In this document: one piece after another, positions 1 to 48,502 of the stretch
Layout: the number at the start of each line of letters is the position of its first letter
Position numbering within the stretch: position 1 is the first letter of the stretch
Source of the DNA: Nitrospirales bacterium
GTDB taxonomy: Bacteria; Nitrospirota; Nitrospiria; Nitrospirales; UBA8639
DNA length: 64,000 bases
NCBI GenBank assembly: GCA_965203295.1
Contig: CBDBCZ010000016.1
Coordinates: forward strand, 704,001 to 768,000
Reading direction: 5' to 3'
The notes under the pieces: model-generated
Seen by the model: only the letters and a program-made list of their open reading frames with translations
Told to the model about the DNA's origin: nothing
The model's database searches: none
Position numbers and translations under genes: made by a program

Positions 1-108
1 AGATTGCTGAAGACCTCCCCTCACCTGGCGAGCACGAGATTGCTGAAGACCTCCCCTCACCTGGCGAGCACGAGATTGCTGAAGACCTCCCCTCACCTGG
101 CGAGCACG
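1..108 (+). repeat. 36-bp tandem repeat, at least 3 perfect copies, encoding EIAEDLPSPGEH within a transposase exon
   Basis: agattgctgaagacctcccctcacctggcgagcacg at 1, 37 and 73; this frame continues to the GT donor at 153. Confidence 0.9.
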
Positions 109-3100
109 AAATCGCTGTCGAGATCATTGAAGATAATCTTTCTGCTGTCCAGGTTAGTAGATACATGTAAGCATGGATCCATGATGCAAGACATGATGGT
201 GTTTTAATGTCCTTTATGTGTGTTCTTATTACAGGCACCCTCTGATGACATGCTTTCTCCGTGGAAGGTTTCCCTTCCTGAAGGATGGGTCCAGACATCG
301 GACTGCGATCGATATATCAGACTCTGCAAGCTGACGAACCTACCCATGGAGAGTAAGCAACCAGTTGTAGTTGAGCTCTGTCTTGTAGTGAACACAGACG
401 GTTCTTGGAGTGTGTATGCTCGCAAATGTCGTCTTGATTCGTCGTCATGTAAGCTCCTTGAGAACGTTCCTGAAATCATGACGCCTGAATGTCTCCCTGC
501 TGTGGTCAAGCTCTTAGATGGCTGCAGTATTTGTATGGGTCACCCTGAGGAAGAATACTGTATGCTTGCTAAGTCTCGCAAGGGGGTTTTCAAGGATTCA
601 AGTAGTAAGACAGTGAAAGCAAGCCTCGATACCGCTCCATTCATCAGTTCGCGTCGATACTACCAGGAAGCTGTCCGTACATCAAAGTGTGAAATTCTTG
701 TTTCTAGTGGTAGATGCCTACACTGCAAGGCCTATCGACCAACCCTTCGAGCCCTTTCAAAAAAAGCGAAGAGTCTCACATCACCAAATAGGAGGGCAAC
801 CACTAGTGCGTCTACTTGGAACTGGCGATTTCTCACCACTCCTCAGAGGAAACAACGAGTCAAGAGCCGTACAGCAGAGGTATGTTGTTGCAATACTAGT
901 ACTGTGTTTAATACATGGGCAATAAGTATGCATAGTGGCATGGCGAGTGCAGGCATTCTGCATGCCTATGTTTAGCTACTTTTTCTTTTTGTGTAGATAA
1001 AGATGCTGAAGGCTGCCAATGAACGACTGAGGGAGCGAGTAGCGCAACTTTGCCAACAGGATGGTGTAGCCCTTGATGAAACACTTCATGGTGACATCAT
1101 GTCAATGAAGAATAAGCATACCAACCTTGTGCATCAGAAACACAAGGAGGGTTCTTTCCACCGTCTCTTCTGGGACCAGCAGATGCAAGCTGCTAGACAG
1201 TCTGATTCCCGTCAGATGAGATGGCACCCTCAGGTAATCAGATGGTGTCTTCATTTACGACTCGTATCTGGTGGTGGATACCGTTTGCTGCGCGAGTCAG
1301 GTCTCATGCGACTGCCATCTGAGCGAACCCTTCGGGATTATACACATTACGTTCCACCTCAGACTGGTTTTCAGAATGGAGTTCCTGGGCAGCTAGCAAG
1401 AGAGGCAAAACTGGATGAACTTGAAGACTGGCAGAAGTTTGTGTGTCTGACATACGATGAGATGAAAATCAAAGAGGGGCTGGTCTATAACAAGTACACA
1501 GACCAGTTGGTGGGTTTTGTAGCCCTTGATAATGTCAGTGACCGGCTATTGGAATTTGAACGTCTCTGTCAGTCTGACGGCACCATGCAGAAGCCCGACC
1601 TTGCTTCGCATATGCTTGTGCTGTTAGTTCGAGGCATATTCACCACCCTAAAGTTTCCCCTGGCCCAGTTCCCGACCACAGGTGCAGCATCACATCAGCT
1701 ATACCCCATCGTAACTGAAGCGGCTATGCGGCTGGAGATCATGGGGTTCAAGGTCATGTCGCTCACTTCTGATGGGTCCTCACCTAACCGTAAATTGTAT
1801 CGCCTCATGAGAGATCCGTCCGATGACACTACTCCAGGATACTGTTGTCCTAACCCGTTTACCGATGATGACCGTAGGTTGTACTTTATTGCCGATGTTC
1901 CTCATCTCCTGAAGACTACGCGCAACTGTTGGTCGAATTCACATGGCCATAGCAGAAAGCGTATGCTATGGGTAAGTCCAAGATTGTAGAGTATGCATAG
2001 TAGTCAATAATTCATGTTCCAATAGCACAAGCTTCACCACTCTACGGGCTCTATCTACTCTATTTATTATCCATGGTTTAACTTTGAACATTTCTAATAC
2101 ACTTAGATCAATGGCAAGGAGATTAGCTGGCAGCATCTGGTGAGACTGTATGAAGGCAACCGAGGGAGACAGACTGACACACCAGGCCTTTGTTTGCTGC
2201 CTAGGGTGAAGTACAATCACTTGCACCTAAATTCCTTCTCCAGAATGCGAGTGGATTTGGCTGCCCAGGTGATTTATAGATACTATGCATTGTGTTACCT
2301 TGGTGCTTAATGCAATCTTACTCTTTTCAGGTACTCAGTGCAAGTGTTGCACATGCAATGGAGCTGATGGGTGATCCTGAAATGACTGATACCATTAGAT
2401 TTGTCCGTTTCTTCGATCGTTTTTTTGACTGCTTGAATGTGAGCAGTCTTTCTGAGGGAAGGCAAACACGGAAAACGGATCTCTACCCATATCGATCCCC
2501 AAACGACAAGCGTTTCACAGTAAGTGTGTATCATACATGTAGTTGTTGACACACTGGTGCTGGAATGTCTACTGTTACCTGCCCGATATGGTTGTCAAGT
2601 GTCACTTTAGGTGAAAATACTAGGAATGTAATTTACCACACAGGTGTAGATTGTGTGGTACCGTAAGTGTCATGCACTATCATACAGTGAAAATTGTACA
2701 GAATGGTTTTATTGGCAATAATATCAAACATGGTATAATAAATGATATTTATTCCTGTGTGCAGTGGCTCGAAAAGGACTTCCTAGGCTATTTGGCTGAG
2801 TGGAAAGCATCCGTTGACTCCCGAACTGGTATCTCAGATGGTGACAAAGCAAGAATGTGCCTCAGTCGAGAAACCTTAGAAGGACTACACATCACAGGTA
2901 AACTAAAGTATCTTAATTTTCACAGTGCAGAGTTTGTATATGGGGAGGAAGGGACGCTGAGATTGAAGTTCTATTAGCAGCTGTTTTTATTTTTACAGTG
3001 AGGTCATTTGTGGCAATGGGCCGATACCTCCTTGGTGTAAGGGGAGTGAAGTTTCTTCTCAGCGAGAAATTTACTCAGGACCCCGTGGAGTCTTTCTTTG

Positions 3101-3297
3101 GCCAGCAGCGACAGAAGGGAGGTGGCAGTGAAAATCCCACGGTTCAGCAGTTCACGTATAATACCTCATCCCTTCGAGTTCAACGGTCAACAGCTCCTAT
3201 TAAAACAAGCAATGTTAGGGCAAGCAAGCACCATCAAGATACCGACGTGGTAGATGATACACCACTACCGAAAAGGCCCCGTCACTCAAAGAAGTAA
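1..3297 (+). CDS. P-element/THAP9-family DDE transposase, spliced, 5' end outside window. Exons <1-152, 235-879, 997-1971, 2107-2268, 2331-2519, 2765-2897, 2999-3297
   Basis: All six introns are GT-AG and phase-compatible. Motifs: LPSERTLRDY, catalytic D in TYDEMKIK, second D in TSDG, DVPHLLK (DxxH), INGKEISWQHL, RMRVDLAAQVLS, FDRFFDCLN and catalytic E in TQDPVESFFGQQRQKGGGSENPT. Basic C-terminal tail PKRPRHSKK. The THAP domain would lie upstream of the window. Confidence 0.92.
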
Positions 3298-3403
3298 TCT
3301 CATTATATTATTGTAATCTGATTATTATTTAAGTTTTAATATACATCACAACTATTAATTGCATAACATGCAGTATTACATTTTATTATCTGAATTAAAG
3401 TCT

Positions 3404-4536
3404 TTAACTCTGTGCATCAGAGTCACTACAAGTACTTTGTTGTAGAGATTTTCGGAGTCCTTTCTGCTTAGTAGATTGTTTCTTTGCTATCTGGTATTGC
3501 TCGACCCACGCACTTGCGAATGAGTGGCTACGGATTTTGACCCATTTATCAACGATTTCCCCCAAGAGCTCATCACTTTCATCACTATCAAATGCTTCAA
3601 CCTTGGTCATCAAGTAGTTCCAGTGCGCTGTAACAGATGGATCTTTCATAATCGACTCTTCCATTTCACGTTGAATCTCGAGTGTGGGGTGGAAGTGACA
3701 CGCTTAACACTCAAAACACGCCTTGATGCCAACTCCATTGCTCGGAAGATCAAGTATGTGTCATTAGTAATGCGGAATAACCCACCTCTGTTGACTTGCT
3801 CGACCCATAACTTTGTGTACTGCAGGAAATCTACGTCTGTGCCTTTTTCTTCATTCATTGTGTTCAGGCACTCCATGTACTTGAGAGCACGTACACTGTC
3901 TGGACGCTTTTCGTACTTCTTTTTCAGCTTCATAGGGATGTAGCCAGCGACATAGCGTAGTGCTTGTTCTTCTTCTGCCTTCAAGGGCTGAACTTTGGGC
4001 GAGGCAGTCTCTTGATCGCCGAACACAAATGCTGACTTCACCGCCTCATCCATCACCCTTCTTGTTACGAGCTGCATAAACTGCTGAAAAAACAGGGGGT
4101 TTTCCACACGCTCCAGTGTACTGTGCCATAGTGAAGACAGCTCATCACCAATAATGAGTTGATGATACCCACGCCACATCTTCTCGTATCTTGTGGTCAG
4201 GGATTTTGCTTTAAGCATGCTTGGAGTAAAAGCATGCTTGAGCACGAGCCTCACTAGCTTGTCGGCAAACGTGCTGTTCCCCTGGATTGTTGTGCTCCAG
4301 TTCTGGAAAACTAACATCATCGAACTATGCGAAGACAGCTTCAGCTCTGGCAGCTGCAGAGCACTATTAATAGCCTTTGCAAATATTTCTGGTGCCATCT
4401 GCTGAACGAATGCCGGGTCACCTAACAGACAGAGTAATAAAGTGTAATTTACCGCTTCCCAAATAAAGCCTACTAACACTAACTACTAACACAATCTACA
4501 GTTTCTACTCATCTTACCTGTCCACACTGTCGCCAT
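3404..4536 (-). CDS. Convergent second gene of the P-like element, carrying P-transposase C-terminal-domain-like motifs. Exon 1 4536-4518, exon 2 4421-3404, one frameshift near 3690
   Basis: ATGGCGACAGTGTGGACAG|GTAAG joins to TTAG|GTGACCCG in phase 1, giving MATVWTGDPAFVQQM. Contains ALRYVAGYIPMKL, WVEQVNRGGL and, after the frame change, WVKIRSHSF. Confidence 0.7.
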
Positions 4537-4998
4537 AGCGGAGAATAAACGTCTTACTGCTTCAAAAAGGGCACCGCGCGATTACAACCAGCCGGCTGTA
4601 ACTCATAAAACTGCTAGCTGCTCGAACTAACAGTACTGTGCCTACGCGTAAATAACACGCTGCCACGCACAATTTACGTGACATCACTTCCGGCGTAACC
4701 CGCATTGCTTGGCCGCCCACGCGCGTTTCCTATCCAACTCAACCGCTCTAATATCCATGGTTAAGGGCACTATAACTTAAGCTTCTTAAAGCTAGCTTGT
4801 CATCAAGAGGAGTGCATCCCAGGATTAAACTACCCTCTCCTTGGTAAATTAGAAATATCTGCAAATTCTACTCACACCAATTCCGACTAATGTCATGTTA
4901 ACTTTGTGTATATGCATAGAGGTACTCTAAGTGCACTGTCACTGCAGGGTCTATGAGCACAATAATGAGCTAGTGTCATTAACCTTGCTTTGCTACAG

Positions 4999-42693
<37,695 letters not shown>

Positions 42694-44662
42694 CATGAAA
42701 GTAAACATTTTTTTTGAATTACAGTTAGTTTGATTATGCTTTGCTGCTTTACATATACTGCATGGTTGCTGGTTTTGACAAATGTGTTGATAGGTTTAGT
42801 AGACTTTCTAGTAACAATAAATTGCTGCTTGTGTGTACTGGTTGCTGCTATATATTGACATATATTGTGTCACAATAATGGTGCTTTGGAACAGATTTGC
42901 AGAGCTATACGTATAGTACCGACCATTTCCCTATCTTAGCCAGATTCTTAGTGCCTGCCTGTTCAGAATAAGTGTATGTATCTTATTGTTATAAATTGAA
43001 CACGTGTCAGCACAATGATATGCTTGTAAATGGCATGCATGCATCAGCCAGAGTATAGTTAGGTGTGATCCATTTATCTTAAAAGGTAAAAGGCTATATA
43101 TAGCTTGCATGCAGGAGCATGGCAAACGATGGTAATGGTCCCTCTAATTATTCACTCACCCCTTCTGTAACTCTCTGTGTAAATACATCATTCTGTGAGA
43201 TTTGTCTCTTCAAACTCTTGGTGAATGACTCCGCTAATGGAGGAAGTACGAAGCAAAACTTATCACCAGCATCATCACTCAGAGTGCTGGTCTGCATGAC
43301 ATTGACTGTTGTATCTTTCAAGAACCTCACCACACATCATCACGGGAATAGCGGTGCAGTTACGTACTAACCTTTCTGCTTGGCGTCCCTGATGGAGTCA
43401 GGCAGTCCCTTGAGGGCACCTGTTCAGCCAGGAGCTCAACATGGAGGAGAACTTTTTCACCTCCTGAGCAAGCTTTGTTCCCATGCAGTCTCCACTCATA
43501 TTGCCAACTTTTATTGCATGGGGAAAAAAGAATTGGCCAGTGTTGCATATTGGAGACTGGGAATGAGGCTACATTGTATCCGGAACTAGGCTGGAAGAGA
43601 GGAGGGGAGCATCGTTACCTAGCTCACATCTCAACCAGATGGTAATTGCCAGACAACATGGACAGATAATTGTGAAGACACACAGCTCCAGACACTCATA
43701 CAGACAGACCTCTCCAGATACTCATACAGACAGACTCTCCAGATAATCATACAGACTCTCCAGATAATCATGTACACATGCAGGTATACACACCTCCAGA
43801 TCAGACAGGTAAGCACACCTCTCCAGACACTCATACTGACAGGCAAACACACCTCTCCAACCACTCTTACAGACGGTAGCATACTGATGCGGCCACTTTG
43901 GCATGGATGTACTGACAGTTGCCTTGTGTGAAGGCAGTGAAACGGGTGAAAATGTAGGCAGCGGACAATTCTCTGTGAGAAAGGGGAGGAGGATGATGAA
44001 ATTCAAACCCGGGTGCTGCGTGAGAAAATTTACGACTGGACACACGAGAAGGGCGAGCAATATGCATACGTATGTCATGCGCATACGTATGTCATGCATA
44101 TACGTATGTCATAAAAGATGACTTCATCCGTCATAATTGAAGGCTGAGAACCAGAGTGATCTAACCCACAAAATTTGAACTTACCCCTCTCATACTCTCA
44201 AAATGTGCTTCAGAAGCTGCTGAAAATTTAAGATTTTCAAACATATGTTCACAGGGTACACACGTTTTTTACTTCATTATTGTGCGTTTCATGCAATTTC
44301 CAGTACTTGATTATGGGTTAGGCCACTATGGTTCTCAAACCTTCAATTGTAATTCCGTGCTTGCAGTGTTTTGGCTGTACTTACAAAAACAAGCTGTATT
44401 ATTAAAGGTGTTCTCTATGCGTGTTGTGACTCCGTTGAGAGCATTCTTCAAATCGATGATCCCACTACTTTTATCTTTACAGCAACACGCCCTGCCAGAT
44501 TAGCTACGTCAACGACAGAACTCGTGCTTGCTAGACTCGTTCCCATGCCCTATATATAGGCCTTGGGTCCAGGACTAGGTGGCGGACGCCAGTCCGGTAG
44601 AAGAGCCGTGAACGGCCAACGCGTAATAATGGGGTGGTCACTTCCTGGTGCATGGTTGCAGC

Positions 44663-44696
44663 ATAGAATCTGATAATATAGGCTATATTATCTATG
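44663..44696. mobile_element. 34-bp P-type mini-element (CATAG...CTATG) with perfect 7-bp TSD
   Basis: gttgcag|catagaatctgataatataggctatattatctatg|gttgcag. The same end (catagataatatagcct) recurs near 48330. Confidence 0.7.
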
Positions 44697-45012
44697 GTTG
44701 CAGTTGCACCGTCGCGACTTTTGATAATTAACGTCTTCTAGACTGTTGATGATGATAGCAACTGCCAAGTGTGTGAAAATTGCGGTGAAAGGACTGCCTT
44801 GCCTTCTAAAAATCACGGTGAAAGAACCGGTCTTGCTTTCTATCCATGATTAGTCTCGCGGGCCAGACTAACTTTTCGCCGCCTCCGTGGGAAAAGTAAG
44901 TCTGGCCATCCGCTTATTCCATCTTGGTGCAAGTGCGCCGGTAGCCTCGAACCCAGGCCTTACACGCCCAGATTTTATCTCGCAGCCTTGGAGAAAAATC
45001 GGGAGGTAAGGC

Positions 45013-48000
45013 ACCAGGTTCAAGTTATCCGCCGATTCGCGTCCGCCGATTCAACCGCCGATTCATCCGCCGATTAAACCGCATGACTATCACATGACTC
45101 TTATGTTTACGTTCCAACTCTAAGGATTGAAAAGGTGAAGTTGCTATGCTGAAGTTTCTTTCATAACATAATTTGTTAGTATGTGTATGGCATTAACAAA
45201 CAAATCACAAAAATAGTTGGATTCAGCTATCCAGTTCATAGAAATTATAGATTATATATTATACTAGTTAAATGATTGTCTTGTAAAATTTTGAAGTAGC
45301 TAAGCTTTGCACTACCGCCTCGCTTGTAGGATCTACATTCGGATGTCCAACATGTCATTCTGAAATAAGCAGCACAAAGCCTCGTGCTTATATGCACGGT
45401 CCAGCCTTAATCTCATTCCACTGACTGATGTATATTGGATCAACTGACCTGAGTAAAGTGTACGGTACTCTGAACATCTTGTGTAGGGCATACTGAAAAA
45501 AAAAAAGCAGTAGTGAATCTCATGGTATCAATTAGTTAAGTGCGTAATACCAGTTTACCACAATCACTCCTTGGTAGCCAAACACTCTATTGGTGCACTG
45601 CAGTATTGCTCAGCACAAGTACCGTGGGCCTTGAGGAGTGGATCAGTTGCCTTCCTGCTGAGTGGTGACGACACACTGGAGTCGTTGAAATTCCATGTCG
45701 TGTATGGAGTCACACGTAACAAGTGCTCTCGAAAAACAGATGTCCAGTTGTTTGTTAGCCTCATCCGTTTCCCAGGTGCAAACTTGGGCAGAATTGCATC
45801 TAATTCAGCTTGCAAGAGCATGAATGTTGCACTATTTGGGGGCTTGTACAGCTCTAAATCTGATGATGGCAAAGTAGTTCCTGCAAGTATACGTAGCTCC
45901 TTAGTTTTGTGTTCCATCCTGTACAGAAAATAATTGGTCATGCTTTTCACACTACCATATACAAACTGTTAACTCTCACCTTCATTCTGTCCTCACAGGT
46001 ATACTGTACAGTCCATTCAACTATACAGCAGCTAAGGGAACTTGTAACCAGATGCTGTGACTCAACTACTGCTGAAAAACATACAGACCTTGCATGTGTC
46101 CCATTCTCATTCCAGATTCTCATGAAGCTTTCTCAGCGGGCAGGTCTTTCACAAACCTCAGCATGGTGTGCTCATGATAGTTCTACCTATTTATTTTGGT
46201 TTGAGGTTTATATCATTGGTGACCAACCAACCATCCTCATGAAACCTTTCTCAGTGGCACGGGCAGAGCTCTCACAAACCTCATGCAGCATAGTGGGTTC
46301 ATGGGAATTCTTTCTCTCTACATAATGGTTATTGTTTGAAGTTTATATATATCACTGGCGATTATGACCAACCATTCTCATTCAAGATTCCCATGAAACC
46401 TTTTCATTGGGTACGTTGGTCTTTCAGAAATCTCTCTATGGTCTACTCCTGGGGATCATTGTCTTCACCTATATATTTTGGGTTGAGGTTTGTATAATTG
46501 GTGACCACTATTCTCATGTATATATCAGATTGCAATGATTTAAGAGGGCATGCAGTCTTCCAGTAAACTCTGTGTGGTGTGTTCATGGGATTTCAATTCA
46601 CTTGATACATGTACGTGGCCAAATAAAAACGTAAAAACAAACACTATAGTCTTATTCGAATGCTTGGTCTGACGGTGCCGGGCTTTCCACAGAATCCCAG
46701 GAGTACACTGATGTGCTGCACACAACCAACTAGCTTCCTGGTGCCACCAGTTAGAACACACTGCTTTGAATAACAGCTTTAAGCACTCTAACTGAGAGGA
46801 ACCAGTAGCTTGTTATGATCATGACTGACGAACTGGAATTACCCTGGAAATGAAAGTACGTAAACAAGACATCAAATATAATTATGTAGAACACTTTACC
46901 ACATCGATAATATTACAATACATCCATCACTATGTAATAATTCCAATATGGCAAACCATCCAATATCCATGCAGTGATATTGGACGGCTTGATGAACTGG
47001 CCATTTAAAATCATAAGTAACGTGAACGATAAATATCTCATTGAATGGGTAGCTGTACGGACATGTACTAACATTGGACTAATCTTGCTTGTATTTGGCT
47101 TGTCCTATGGACCTGCCCAAATACAGCAAAGATTCGTTCAATATTCAGTGATATTGGACGGCTACACATGCAATTAATAATATATATGTCATAGCGTAAA
47201 CACAAAAACGTAGACAGCCTCATCGTAGCTACACATACATCTTTGTCAGCATGTCACAGCAATCGCAGCACTATTACAACCACGCTGATTTATACAGTTT
47301 GTCTTAATAAAAACATACGATTTAAACAGCTGTAGTCTATACATACCGCGCTATCTCATTAGTCTCTTTTCCAGGCCGTGCAAGTCGGACTTCTCTGACA
47401 TGCGTGGCCTGGGAACGAGGCTACATTGTACCCTCACATGCACGGAAGGGATTGGCATTACAACTGAAGCCTTCATGTGAGGGCATACAGTATACAGTGC
47501 GGACAAGCTCATTCCCAGACTCTTCCGTACGAAAATAAAGACTTCATGTGGAAAGAGACTACAAAGCAGGCATTTGGGTTTCATAAGATATGAAAGTGCT
47601 ATAGATATTAATTATTTGCCCTCTTAGAAGGTATTGTGAAATTGTTTCTGACTACTTGGCAATGTTCTCAGTGTCTGATTCTTGTAAGTGAAGGGTACCC
47701 GTGAAAGGGTTCCTTTATGGTGGATTGAAGGGATATTTTTGAGATCGACTTATAATACAGTGACCAGCCTGTGCATGACCCAAAAAACCCACAGCTACAG
47801 AAACTAATAGAGATGCACCCCTACTCTACAACATACTTAAAAGCCAGCTGGAACAACAAACGCTGGCACAAGAAGACGTTAGCACTTCTACCAGTGGGCT
47901 ATAGTGGTTGCCACAGTTAACCTTTGAACCACAATATTTAATCTGACCAACAAATTGTGTCCCATAACTGCAGTGTCCTTACTTAGCTATCCGAACTTCT

Positions 48001-48502
48001 ACCTACCCAGGAAACGCTTGCAAGCCTGACTCTGCAAGCGATCCACCCAGGAAATGCTTGCAGGCCTGACTCTGCAAGCGATCCACCTAGGGAACGCTTG
48101 CAGGCCTGACTCTGCAAGCGATCCACCTAGGGAACGCTTGCAGGCCTGACTCTGCAAGTGATCCACATAGGGAACGCTTGCAGGCCTGACCCTGCAAGCG
48201 ATCCACCTAAGGACCTAGGAACGCTTGCAGGTCTGACTCTGCAAGCGATCCCTAGGTGGGTAACGCTTAATTGTAGGAACCTGAAAGCGATCCCTAGGTG
48301 GGTAGAAGTTGGGGATGTATAGCCAGAACCATAGATAATATAGCCTAACCTAGTGAGACTATATCAGAACTTACTTGGAACCCAAGTGATGCGCTTTAGT
48401 TGGAACGTAAACATGAGTCATGTGACAGTCATGCTGTTGAATCGGCGGATGAAACGGCGGTTGAATTGGCGGACGCGAATCGGCGGATAACTTGAACCTG
48501 GT
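45013..48502 (-). mobile_element. Inner 3.5-kb Mutator-like element (about 105-bp TIRs, 9-bp TSD) with a protein remnant at 45950-45564
   Basis: accaggttcaagttatccgccgattcgcgtccgcc... is mirrored at 48398-48502. Perfect TSD aggtaaggc, inserted within the left TIR of the middle element. Confidence 0.9.
47990..48312. repeat. About 6 copies of a 40-bp unit, each with an internal hairpin, bracketed by short inverted repeats
   Basis: Unit ggaacgcttgcaggcctgactctgcaagcgatccacctag (CGCTTGCAG...CTGCAAGCG stem). Flanks aacttctacctacccagg / cctaggtgggtagaagtt. Confidence 0.85.

Larger units (their letters stand above)
1..4759 (+). mobile_element. P-superfamily DNA transposon, right portion; probable right terminus ...AATATCCATG at 4759
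   Basis: Contains the transposase and the convergent gene. The end CCATG reads CATGG from outside, matching P-type CANRG termini. The left TIR and TSD are not in the window. Confidence 0.65.

Noticed and set aside
4..207. 67-aa ORF with LLKTSPHLASTR repeats
   Set aside because: Wrong frame of the 36-bp repeat; the EIAEDLPSPGEH frame is the one that splices into the transposase.
43148..43880. Possible small minus-strand spliced gene downstream of the RNF213-like gene
   Set aside because: Only short ORFs with no recognisable domain, running into low-complexity ctccagacactcatacaga repeats; cannot be supported.
48001..48250. CRISPR-like array of palindromic repeats
   Set aside because: The sequence between hairpins is short and nearly invariant (no unique spacers), there are no cas genes, and the context is eukaryotic and inside a transposon.
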